This document shows, in pieces, positions 27,486 through 35,679 of a stretch of DNA of 64,000 nucleotides. The notes below the pieces were generated by a model. It worked only from the letters and a program-made list of their open reading frames with translations, searched no databases and was not told the DNA's origin. Source of the DNA: Bryobacterales bacterium (GTDB lineage Bacteria; Acidobacteriota; Terriglobia; Bryobacterales; UBA6623). The stretch is taken from assembly GCA_965218615.1 (NCBI GenBank), contig CBDCLH010000008.1, positions 497,846-561,845 on the forward strand, given 5' to 3'. Within the stretch, counting starts at the first letter, position 1. The number at the start of each line of letters is the position of its first letter. The translations under genes and the position numbers were made by a program.

Positions 27486-28064
27486 TCAGCGCGGCGGCGA
27501 GACCCCCACAGAGCCTAGCCGGATGGTCGTCGGCGTGACGCTATCCGACTCGCTCCGCAAGGCAGCCGCCACGATCGCGATCGTCGCTGCGGCGCTGATC
27601 GCGGCGATCATCTTCCAACCGATGCCCCGGCGCTTCGGCTTCGGCTCGCCCGGAGCGACTGCGTTGGACTGCGTGATCGCCGTTCCCGCCGACATGTTGT
27701 TGAATTCCGCCTCCACCTCGATCTGGAAGGCGCCCTCGAGTGTATTCGGCAGCATTCCGGAAACGCGGACCCGGCCCTCCTCGTCCGTGGTCATGGTGGC
27801 CACGCGCGACGCGCCGAAGAACGTAACGCTGGGGCCCGATGCCGGCGCGCGCAGTGTCACCGTAGCCTTCGGGATCGGTTGGCCCGCGGAATCGACAACC
27901 TCGATCAGCAGTTCGACAGCCACGTTTCTGTTGATGTTGTTGATCCCGCCGTCGCCCGCCAGAATCCGGATCTGGATCGCGCTGTCCACGCCTCGCACGA
28001 CCGGCGGGAAGGCCAAAAGGACGCTCAGAGCGACAGCCAGGATCTGGTAGAAGGACTGAACCAT
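27486..28064 (-). CDS. Signal-peptide, single Ig-like (Big-like) domain protein with C-terminal TM anchor, 192 aa
   Basis: Signal ILAVALSVLLAFPPVVRG. Domain: IEVVDSAGQPIPKATVTLRAP..VTFFGASRVATMTTDEEGRVRV..GAFQIEVEA. TM helix WKMIAAISAAATIAIVAAAL. SD GGAGG lies 5 nt before the ATG. Confidence 0.7.
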   Translation of the reverse strand: MVQSFYQILAVALSVLLAFPPVVRGVDSAIQIRILAGDGGINNINRNVAVELLIEVVDSAGQPIPKATVTLRAPASGPSVTFFGASRVATMTTDEEGRVRVSGMLPNTLEGAFQIEVEAEFNNMSAGTAITQSNAVAPGEPKPKRRGIGWKMIAAISAAATIAIVAAALRSESDSVTPTTIRLGSVGVSPPR

Positions 28065-28215
28065 GAAACCTCCGGGCCAGCGGTGCCGCCCCCGAGATGC
28101 GCGGCCTCAACGAATACAGTCTTGGACCGGCCTCGCAGGCCTTGCAGTACTGAAATCATAGAGACGAGAAGACCGGAAGTGGGGTTACAGTCCCGGCAGG
28201 ACTGCGCAGCGGCCG

Positions 28216-29409
28216 CTACGCTCCTGCGGCCACGGCCTGCCCCACCCTGCGGAAGCCGAGATCCTCGAGCAGGTCGGCGATATCTTCGTCCGTCAGCCCC
28301 TTGCGCCGGTCGGCCAAGCGGGTGAAGGCCTCGTACACGGTGCGGGTCTGTTGCCTGTCCAGGTCCCCGTACCCCAGATCTGCGACCCGCTGATGCAACG
28401 CGTGCCGGCCGCTGTGCTTGCCGAGGATCAACTCCGAAGCCGGCACACCGACCGATTCCGGGGTCATGATCTCGTACGTCGTAGGGTGCTTGAGATAGCC
28501 GTCCTGATGGATCCCGGCTTCGTGCGCAAACGCATTGCGGCCTACGATCGCCTTGTTCGGCTGCGGCCCGAACGCGATGCACGCGCTCAGCGTGCGGCTC
28601 GCATCGTACAGCTTCGTCGCGTCGATCCCGCAGTGGAACGGCACGCGGTCCGAGCGGACCTTCATGATCGCCACCACTTCCTCGAGGGAGCAATTACCGG
28701 CACGCTCGCCGATGCCGTTGATCGCGCACTCGATCTGGCGCGCACCGGCATGCAGCGCCGCGATCGAGTTGGCGACCGCCAGCCCGAGGTCGTCGTGGGT
28801 GTGGACGCTCACCTCCGCGCGCCCCTCCACCGCGTCCACGACCTCCGCGATCGTCTCCGCGTAGTCGTCCGGTGTCATGTAGCCCACGGTATCCGGGATG
28901 TTCACCACATTGGCGCCCGCCTCCACGGCCGCCCGGGAGACCCGGCACAGGTAGTCCATCTCGGTGCGCGTCGCATCCTCTGCGGAGAATTCCACATCAT
29001 CCACAAAGCGCTTGGCAAGTTCGACAGCTTGCACGGCCTCCTCCAGAACCTGCTCCTGACTCTTGTTGAACTTGTACCTCAGGTGGATCTCGCTCGTGGC
29101 GATGAAGCAGTGGATGCGAGGACGAGGATGGCCGTCAAGCGACGCCGCAGCCCGCTCAATGTCGATCGGCACCGCCCGAGCCAAGGCCGCGATATGCGCC
29201 CCGGGATGCTCACGGCAGACCGCCCGGACCGCGTCGAAGTCTCCCTCCGATGCGATCGGGAACCCGGCTTCGATCAGATCGACGCCCATCTCGACGAGCG
29301 ACCGGGCTACGCTCAGCTTTTCGGGTGTCGTCATGCTGCAGCCCGGCGACTGCTCGCCGTCCCGCAGCGTGGTGTCAAAAATGTGGACCTGTTCGGACAC
29401 GCGATTCAA
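28216..29409 (-). CDS. 2-isopropylmalate synthase / homocitrate synthase family enzyme, short form (no LeuA C-terminal regulatory domain)
   Basis: VHIFDTTLRDGEQSPG..IEAGFP..IHCFIATSEIH..VEFSAEDATRT..VNIPDTVGY..VHTHDDLGLAVANS..ECAINGIGERAGN..FAHEAGIHQDG. It is 397 aa with a TTG start. Confidence 0.8.
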   Translation of the reverse strand: MNRVSEQVHIFDTTLRDGEQSPGCSMTTPEKLSVARSLVEMGVDLIEAGFPIASEGDFDAVRAVCREHPGAHIAALARAVPIDIERAAASLDGHPRPRIHCFIATSEIHLRYKFNKSQEQVLEEAVQAVELAKRFVDDVEFSAEDATRTEMDYLCRVSRAAVEAGANVVNIPDTVGYMTPDDYAETIAEVVDAVEGRAEVSVHTHDDLGLAVANSIAALHAGARQIECAINGIGERAGNCSLEEVVAIMKVRSDRVPFHCGIDATKLYDASRTLSACIAFGPQPNKAIVGRNAFAHEAGIHQDGYLKHPTTYEIMTPESVGVPASELILGKHSGRHALHQRVADLGYGDLDRQQTRTVYEAFTRLADRRKGLTDEDIADLLEDLGFRRVGQAVAAGA

Positions 29410-29441
29410 CCTCTAGGCCCTAGTAGAGCGTATCCGCCAGA

Positions 29442-29456
29442 ATAAAGCAAATTTAT
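29442..29456. promoter_or_regulatory. LysR-type T-N11-A dyad in the AT-rich divergent intergenic region
   Basis: ATAAAGCAAATTTAT (ATAAA-N5-TTTAT) lies between the divergent IPMS-like gene (start 29409) and the LysR gene (start 29486). It overlaps a TATAAT hexamer at 29454-29459. Confidence 0.5.
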
Positions 29457-29485
29457 AATATTTGGAGATGAGATAACATTCAGAA

Positions 29486-30394
29486 ATGGATCTTGCGCTC
29501 CTGCGCCTGTTCGAAACGGTCGCGGACGAGGGTAGCTTCTCCCGCGCGGGGCAGAAGCTGCGGCGGTCGCAGCCAGCCATCTCGTTGGCCCTCAAGCGCC
29601 TCGAAGAGGACCTCGGAGTGCAGCTGATCGACCGCTCGTCCCGCACGCTACGCCTGACCGATGCCGGCCGGGAGATCTCTGGCTACGCGAAGCAGTTCCT
29701 GGGGCTCGAACGGAAGATGCGCGTCGCCCTGTCGGAACTGCGCGACTTGCAGGCCGGCAAGCTCACGGTAGGGGCCAATGAGTCGACCGCGCTGTACTTG
29801 CTCGGACACGTCGAAGCCTTCCGCCGACGGTACCCGGGCATCCAGGTCGAGCTGCGCCGGAGCCTGTCCAGCCGCATCCCCGAAGCCGTCCACGAGGGTT
29901 CGCTGGAACTCGGCGCGATCAGCTACGACCCGGGCGATCCCAAGCTGCGGATCTTTCACTTGTATGAGGACCGGCTGACGTTCGTCGTGTCCCCGCAGCA
30001 CCGCCTGGCCGGGCGCCGCAGGATCAGCATCACGGAACTCGGCGAGGAGACCTTCATCGCCCACAACGTGGTGTCGCCATACCGCGCCAGGGTGATTGAA
30101 ACTTTCCGTCGGCACCAAGTGCCACTCAACATGGCGATTGAAATGCCGACCGTCGAGACCATTCGGCGTCTGGTGCAGCGCAACCTTGGCGTCGCGTTCC
30201 TGCCCAAGATGTGTGTCGAGCAGCAGATCCGCAGCGGCGCCTTGCGGGAAGTGGGGGTGCGCGAGCTGGTCCTCGAACGGACCATTCGGCTCATCTACCC
30301 GGCTCGCAGGACGCTCTCCCAGGCGTCCCGAGCGTTCCTCGAACTGGTGGGCGAGGCGGTGCCACCCGCCTCCGGAGCGTCTCCCGACGGCTGA
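29486..30394 (+). CDS. LysR family transcriptional regulator
   Basis: N-terminal wHTH LRLFETVADEGSFSRAGQKLRRSQPAISLALKRLEEDLGVQLIDR, plus a LysR substrate-binding domain. Confidence 0.9.
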   Translation: MDLALLRLFETVADEGSFSRAGQKLRRSQPAISLALKRLEEDLGVQLIDRSSRTLRLTDAGREISGYAKQFLGLERKMRVALSELRDLQAGKLTVGANESTALYLLGHVEAFRRRYPGIQVELRRSLSSRIPEAVHEGSLELGAISYDPGDPKLRIFHLYEDRLTFVVSPQHRLAGRRRISITELGEETFIAHNVVSPYRARVIETFRRHQVPLNMAIEMPTVETIRRLVQRNLGVAFLPKMCVEQQIRSGALREVGVRELVLERTIRLIYPARRTLSQASRAFLELVGEAVPPASGASPDG

Positions 30395-30483
30395 CGGCGA
30401 TCGCATTCCGCCCGCTTCGGGGTTTGCGGCCGCTGTGCTAGGATGAGCGCCGAACCGCGGCCTGGGCTCAGGCTGCGAAGTCT

Positions 30484-31662
30484 ATGCGAGTCTGCTATCT
30501 GGACTGCTTCTCGGGCATTGCCGGCGACATGCTGCTCGGTGCTCTGGTCGACGCGGGCCTGGACGTGTCCCTGCTGCAGGCCGAGATCGCCAAGCTGCAG
30601 TTGGACAAGCTCGCGATCCGCGCGGAACCGGCGCGGCGAGGCGGACTGGCGGCCACCAAAGTGCATGTCGACACGCCGCACGAGCACGCGCATCGCACAC
30701 TCGCGACGATCGAGCGGATCCTCGACGAATCTGCTCTGGAAGAGCCGGTCAAGGACGCCAGCCGCCGGGTCTTCCGGCGCCTGGGCGAGGTCGAGGCTCG
30801 GGCCCACGGCATTTCCATCGAGAAGGTCCACTTCCACGAGGTGGGCGCCCTGGACTCCATCGCCGACATCGTCGGCGCGTGCGCCGCGTTCCGCGCCTTG
30901 GGCGTGGAGCGCATCTGCTGCTCTCCTATCAATCTCGGCAGCGGGACGGTCGAGGCCGCCCACGGCACGATGCCTGTACCCGCCCCGGCGACCGCGCGCC
31001 TGGTGGAAGGGATCCCCACGTACTCGGAGGGCCCCCGCGCAGAGCTGACGACCCCCACGGGCGCCGCGCTGGCCGTCACGCTGAGCAGCGCCTTCGGGGC
31101 GCTGCCCGCCATGCGCATCGCGGCCAGCGGCTATGGGGCGGGCTCCAACGATTTCCCGGAGCGGGCGAATCTGCTGCGCGTCCTGATTGGGGAGACGGAG
31201 GACGAGGACACGCCACCCGAGCAGATCTGGGTGCTCGAGGCGAGCATCGACGACATGACGCCGCAGATGGCCGGCTACGCGATGGAGCGCCTGCTCGACG
31301 CCGGCGCCCTCGACGTAACGTTGACGCCCGTGTACATGAAGAAGAACCGGCCCGGCTTCAAGGTGACCGTGCTGGCCGCCCCCGAGGACCGCGCCGCCTT
31401 GGGTGACCTGATCTTCGCCGAGACGACCACCATCGGGATCCGCGAGGCGCCCGCGCGCCGACGCACGCTCAAGCGAGCGTGGCAACACGTCCGCACGCGC
31501 TACGGCACGGTGCGCATCAAGACCGCGGGCCGCGAGGGAGACTCGGCGAACTTCGCGCCCGAGTACGAGGACTGCCGCCGACTCGCGCGCGAGCACGGCG
31601 TGCCATTTCAACGAGTCTGGCAGCAGGCCAACCAGGAGTACCTGCGCGGCAAGGAGTCCTGA
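30484..31662 (+). CDS. larC: Nickel-pincer cofactor biosynthesis protein LarC (DUF111 family)
   Basis: YLDCFSGIAGDMLLGALVDAG..HFHEVGALDSIADIVG..SPINLGSGTV..AHG.MPVPAPAT..ELTTPTGAAL..LEA.IDDM.PQ..TPV.MKKNRPG. Confidence 0.85.
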   Translation: MRVCYLDCFSGIAGDMLLGALVDAGLDVSLLQAEIAKLQLDKLAIRAEPARRGGLAATKVHVDTPHEHAHRTLATIERILDESALEEPVKDASRRVFRRLGEVEARAHGISIEKVHFHEVGALDSIADIVGACAAFRALGVERICCSPINLGSGTVEAAHGTMPVPAPATARLVEGIPTYSEGPRAELTTPTGAALAVTLSSAFGALPAMRIAASGYGAGSNDFPERANLLRVLIGETEDEDTPPEQIWVLEASIDDMTPQMAGYAMERLLDAGALDVTLTPVYMKKNRPGFKVTVLAAPEDRAALGDLIFAETTTIGIREAPARRRTLKRAWQHVRTRYGTVRIKTAGREGDSANFAPEYEDCRRLAREHGVPFQRVWQQANQEYLRGKES

Positions 31663-31747
31663 CCTTCCTGAGTCCGCCGGACCCAGCCGGATTCGGGCGT
31701 ATTCTAGCTCCCGCACGCCGTGCGAGACTAGGAGAAAGTCCGGGACG

Positions 31748-33703
31748 ATGTCCAAGTTCTATCTCTCGACGCCGATCTACTACGTCAACGCTGCGCCCCA
31801 CATCGGACACGCCTACACGACCATCGTGGCGGACACGATCAAGCGGATCCGGCGCATGCTTGGCGACGAGGCCTACCTGACCACGGGCTCCGACGAGCAC
31901 GGCCAGAAGGTTGCCAAGTCGGCCAGCGATGCCGGACTCGAACCCAAGCAGTTCACCGACCGCATCTCAGCCGCGTTCCGCAAGGAATGGGACGCCCTAG
32001 GACTGGAGTACGACTTCTTCCGGCGCACAAGCGATCCCCGGCACGCCCTCGCCGTGCGGAAGATCTTCCAGCGATGCCTGGACAACGGCGCGATTTACAA
32101 GGACTCCTACAGCGGGAAATATCATCTCGGCGATGAGGCCTTCGTCTCCGAGGAGGAAGCCGCCCAGGCCGACCCGGCCATGATCACCACCGTGACCGAG
32201 GAGAACTACTTCTTCCGCCTCTCGGACTACCAGCAGAGGTTGATCGACCTGTATGAATCCCAGCCGAACTTCGTCCAGCCCGACTCGCGGCGCAACGAGG
32301 TCCTCGCGTTCGCGCGCGGCGGGCTGAGGGATCTCTCGATCAGCCGCTCGAGCCTGCGCTGGGGCATCCCCTTGCCGAACGACCCGGAGCATGTCTTTTA
32401 TGTCTGGTTCGACGCTCTGACGACCTACATGAGCGCAGTTGGGTACGGCGAGGAGGCAAGGGAGGCAACCGAGTACAAGCGTCTTTGGCCCATCGACGTC
32501 CACCTTGTCGGCAAAGAGATCGTCCGCTTTCACGCCGTGTACTGGCCCGCTTTCCTGATGGCGGCCGGACTGCCTCTGCCGAAGCAAGTCTGGGCGCACG
32601 GCTGGCTGATCTTCCAGGGCGGCAAGATGTCGAAGACCAAGGGCAACATCGTCCGCGCTCTGCCCATCAAGGAGGTCGTTGGCGTGGACGGGCTGCGCTA
32701 CTACCTGCTGCGCGAGATTGTGTTCGGACAGGATGGCAATTTCTCGTACGAAGCGCTGGTCGTGCGCTACAACGCCGACCTCGCCAATGGCTTCGGCAAT
32801 CTCGCGAGCCGCACGGCCTCGATGCTCTCGCGCTACTGCGACGGGAAGGTCCCCGAGGCCAGCGGCGGCGACAACGGAGGTCTCCCCGAACTCGCCGAGC
32901 AGTGTGTCGCCAAGGCGATCGAGCACTACGAGAACTTCGCGTTCTCGCGTGCTCTTGAATCCATCTGGGCGCTGCTCGGGCGCACCGACAAATACATCGT
33001 CGAGCACAGGCCGTGGGTGCTGGCCAAGGCCGGCGGCGGCGACGCCCGCGAGCAGCTGGAGGCCACCCTCTACAACACAGCTGAAGCGCTGCGCGTCGCC
33101 TGTGTGCTGCTGGCGCCCGTCATTCCAGCGGCGGCGCAAAAGGTTTGGTCGCTGCTGGGATTGGAAGGATCCGTCGCGCAGCAGCGCCTCGACCATCTGC
33201 GCTGGGGCGGTCTGCGCGAGGGCACCGCAGTGGGCCGGCAGGAAGCGGTGTTTCCGCGTCTGGAGGTGGCCAAGGCCGTGGCGCAGATGGAAGCACTGGA
33301 GGAAGAGGCGCTCGCGGAGCAGGCTCAGCTGATGGGCCAGCAAGCGGGTGCGGAAGGCCTCACCATCGACACGCCCACCATCGAAATCGGAGATTTCGCC
33401 CGGGTCGACATGCGTGTAGGACTGATTCAGGCAGCCGAGAAAGTCGACAAGTCGGACAAGCTGCTGCAGCTACAAGTCGACATCGGCGAAGGGCAACCGC
33501 GCACGATCCTAGCCGGCATCGCTGAAGCCTATGGGCCCGAGGAACTCGTCGGGCAGAGGATCGCTGTGGTCGCCAACCTCCAGCCGCGCAAGATGATGGG
33601 CAGGATCTCGCAGGGGATGATCGTGGCCGCGTCGCTGGGACGCGGCCAGCCGTACCTGGCCGGCTTCCCGGATGGCACGCCGGTCGGCTCCCGCCTGGGG
33701 TGA
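31748..33703 (+). CDS. metG: Methionine--tRNA ligase with C-terminal tRNA-binding (EMAP-like) domain
   Basis: YLSTPIYYVNAAPHIGHAYT (HIGH), GKMSKTKGN (KMSKS), C-terminal ..VGLIQAAEKVDKSDKLLQLQVDIGE..RTILAGI. Confidence 0.95.
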   Translation: MSKFYLSTPIYYVNAAPHIGHAYTTIVADTIKRIRRMLGDEAYLTTGSDEHGQKVAKSASDAGLEPKQFTDRISAAFRKEWDALGLEYDFFRRTSDPRHALAVRKIFQRCLDNGAIYKDSYSGKYHLGDEAFVSEEEAAQADPAMITTVTEENYFFRLSDYQQRLIDLYESQPNFVQPDSRRNEVLAFARGGLRDLSISRSSLRWGIPLPNDPEHVFYVWFDALTTYMSAVGYGEEAREATEYKRLWPIDVHLVGKEIVRFHAVYWPAFLMAAGLPLPKQVWAHGWLIFQGGKMSKTKGNIVRALPIKEVVGVDGLRYYLLREIVFGQDGNFSYEALVVRYNADLANGFGNLASRTASMLSRYCDGKVPEASGGDNGGLPELAEQCVAKAIEHYENFAFSRALESIWALLGRTDKYIVEHRPWVLAKAGGGDAREQLEATLYNTAEALRVACVLLAPVIPAAAQKVWSLLGLEGSVAQQRLDHLRWGGLREGTAVGRQEAVFPRLEVAKAVAQMEALEEEALAEQAQLMGQQAGAEGLTIDTPTIEIGDFARVDMRVGLIQAAEKVDKSDKLLQLQVDIGEGQPRTILAGIAEAYGPEELVGQRIAVVANLQPRKMMGRISQGMIVAASLGRGQPYLAGFPDGTPVGSRLG

Positions 33704-33743
33704 AGAGGGCGGGGGCGCGTAGCCGTCCGCGAAGGGCCAGCGC

Positions 33744-34568
33744 ATGCTCGTCGATTCCCATTGCCACCTGGACGGCGCCGTCTTTGACGACGATCGCGAG
33801 CAGGTGATCGCGCGTGCGCGCGCGGCCGGGGTCTCGTTCATGCTGGCCATCGGAACGGGCGACGGGCCTCCCGACCTCGAGGCGGCCATTCGGATCGCGG
33901 AGACCCACGCGGACATCGGGGCGACCGTCGGCGTCCATCCCCACGACGCCCATAGGTTCGATCCAGGGACGGCCGACAGGCTGGAGGCTCTCTGCGCGCA
34001 CCCCACCGTGCTCGCCGTCGGGGAGATCGGGCTCGACTACCACTACGACAACTCGCCCCGTGAGACGCAGAGGCGGGTCTTTCTCCAGCAGATGGAGATC
34101 GCTGCCGGAACCCGCAAGCCGATCGCCATTCATACGCGCGACGCCTGGGACGACACCTTGGACTTGCTCCGGCTGCACTGGTCCGGCTACGGATTGGGCG
34201 GCATCATGCACTGCTTCAGCGGGAGCTCCGAGCAGGCGCTGCAGTGCCTGGAGATGGGCTTCCTGCTGTCGTTCGCCGGCGTGCTGACCTTCCCGCGCTC
34301 CTCGGAGCTGCGCGCGACCGCGCGCTGGACACCGCTCGACCGTGTGCTTGTCGAAACCGACGCGCCGTACCTGACCCCGGCGCCGCACCGCAAGATCCGG
34401 CGCAACGAGCCGCGCTTCGTAGTTGAGACCGCGCGCGCGCTCGCCGCAGTCAAGGGCCTCGAATTCGAGGAACTGGCGGGGCGCACAAGCGCCAATTTCC
34501 GCCAACTCTTCGGGCTCGAACCGCCGGCTACCCAGGCCGAATCCGGTCAGGGGATCTCCGCGACGTAG
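33744..34568 (+). CDS. TatD-family metal-dependent hydrolase/DNase
   Basis: MLVDSHCHLD..VGVHPH..VAVGEIGLDYHY..Q..F..Q...A....P..IHTRDA..GIMHCFSG..ETDAPYL.P.P.R..RNEP. Confidence 0.9.
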   Translation: MLVDSHCHLDGAVFDDDREQVIARARAAGVSFMLAIGTGDGPPDLEAAIRIAETHADIGATVGVHPHDAHRFDPGTADRLEALCAHPTVLAVGEIGLDYHYDNSPRETQRRVFLQQMEIAAGTRKPIAIHTRDAWDDTLDLLRLHWSGYGLGGIMHCFSGSSEQALQCLEMGFLLSFAGVLTFPRSSELRATARWTPLDRVLVETDAPYLTPAPHRKIRRNEPRFVVETARALAAVKGLEFEELAGRTSANFRQLFGLEPPATQAESGQGISAT

Positions 34569-35659
34569 ACCTGCGTACAGCCCGACATGTCGCTCGCGAA
34601 CACCACCATCGTCTCGTCCCGGGAGAACGACGGGTGCGGGTGCGTCCACTGCGGACCGTAGACGCGATCCGCAGCCATCTCCATCCAACTCAGCGAGCGC
34701 TTCTTCTCGGCGGCGCTGCGGGCCCGCTCCCAATCCTCGGCAACCGCATAGCGCGACAGACGCCACTGGCTTCCCTGCGAACTGGCGCCGGAACGGCAGA
34801 CCATGGTTCGCTCACCCGTCGCGACATCGACCAACTGCAGTCCGATGTCCGGATGCGCGGTATCGCACACAATTCGCGTCCCCGCTCGATTCGGCGTGAT
34901 GTGCTATGCGTTGAACGCGCTGATCGTGCGAATCTCCCGCGTCCCCCAATCCAACCGCCGCACGGCGAAGGGCCACACGGAGAACACCAAGTGCTCGCTC
35001 GCTCCCAGGAACGTCTCGTGCACGATGAACTCGTCGTTCCCATGCTCGTACAGGCACTCGAGGCCGCTGCCGTCCCGTCGTACGCGATGCATGCGGGGAG
35101 CCGGGTCACCTGCGAACTCAATCCACTCCGGATCGACCGGGTTGAACTGCGGGTGAATGATCGTGCGAGGGAATTCAATAAAGCCCGTCTCGCTGCGGTC
35201 GACCCTGCCTACGAGCAACCCCCAGCCGTTCTCCCGCTTGCAGGCCGCGACGTACCAGTCTCCGGCGGGCGTCAGCGAGCACTCGCCGAGCTGCCCGCCG
35301 CTGGCCACGATCTCGCTCTCTTCCAGCGTGTCGCGCTCAATGCGCCAGATACTGCCCCCTCGCACGAACAACACTGCCCCGTCCGGCGCCAGAAGCGCGG
35401 AAAAAGGATGAATCGGATCGCCGCCCGTCAATTGACGGATGCCGCCGTCCGGAAAACCGGCCTCGTAGAGTTGAGCCGAACCGCTGCGGTAACCGGTGAA
35501 CACGACGTGTTCCTGGTCGACCGTGAAAGAGCACTGCAGGAAGTAGGTCGGATGGCTGATCGAGGGATGGTTGGTCAACCGGTGCATGACGGCGCCGGTT
35601 TCCGGTTCGATCCAGCCGGCATGTTCGGAGGCGCCCCGCGCTCCTTTCGACCACCGCAT
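34547..35659 (-). pseudogene. Oligogalacturonide-lyase-like / TolB-like beta-propeller protein interrupted by an in-frame TAG
   Basis: Listed ORFs 34904..35659 and 34547..34870 are in the same frame. Reading through TAG (34904-34906) gives ..IRTISAFNA*HITPNRAGTRIVCDTAHPDIGLQL.. and the end ..THPHPSFSRDETMVVFASDMSGCTQVYVAEIP. Confidence 0.65.
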
Positions 35660-35679
35660 CGAAATGCCCCGCTACCCAC

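Noticed and set aside
31731-31744. GGAGAAAGTCCGGG resembling the RNase P RNA P4 motif (GAGGAAAGUCC)
   Set aside because: It sits 4 nt before the metG ATG and functions as its Shine-Dalgarno region. None of the other RNase P conserved blocks are nearby.
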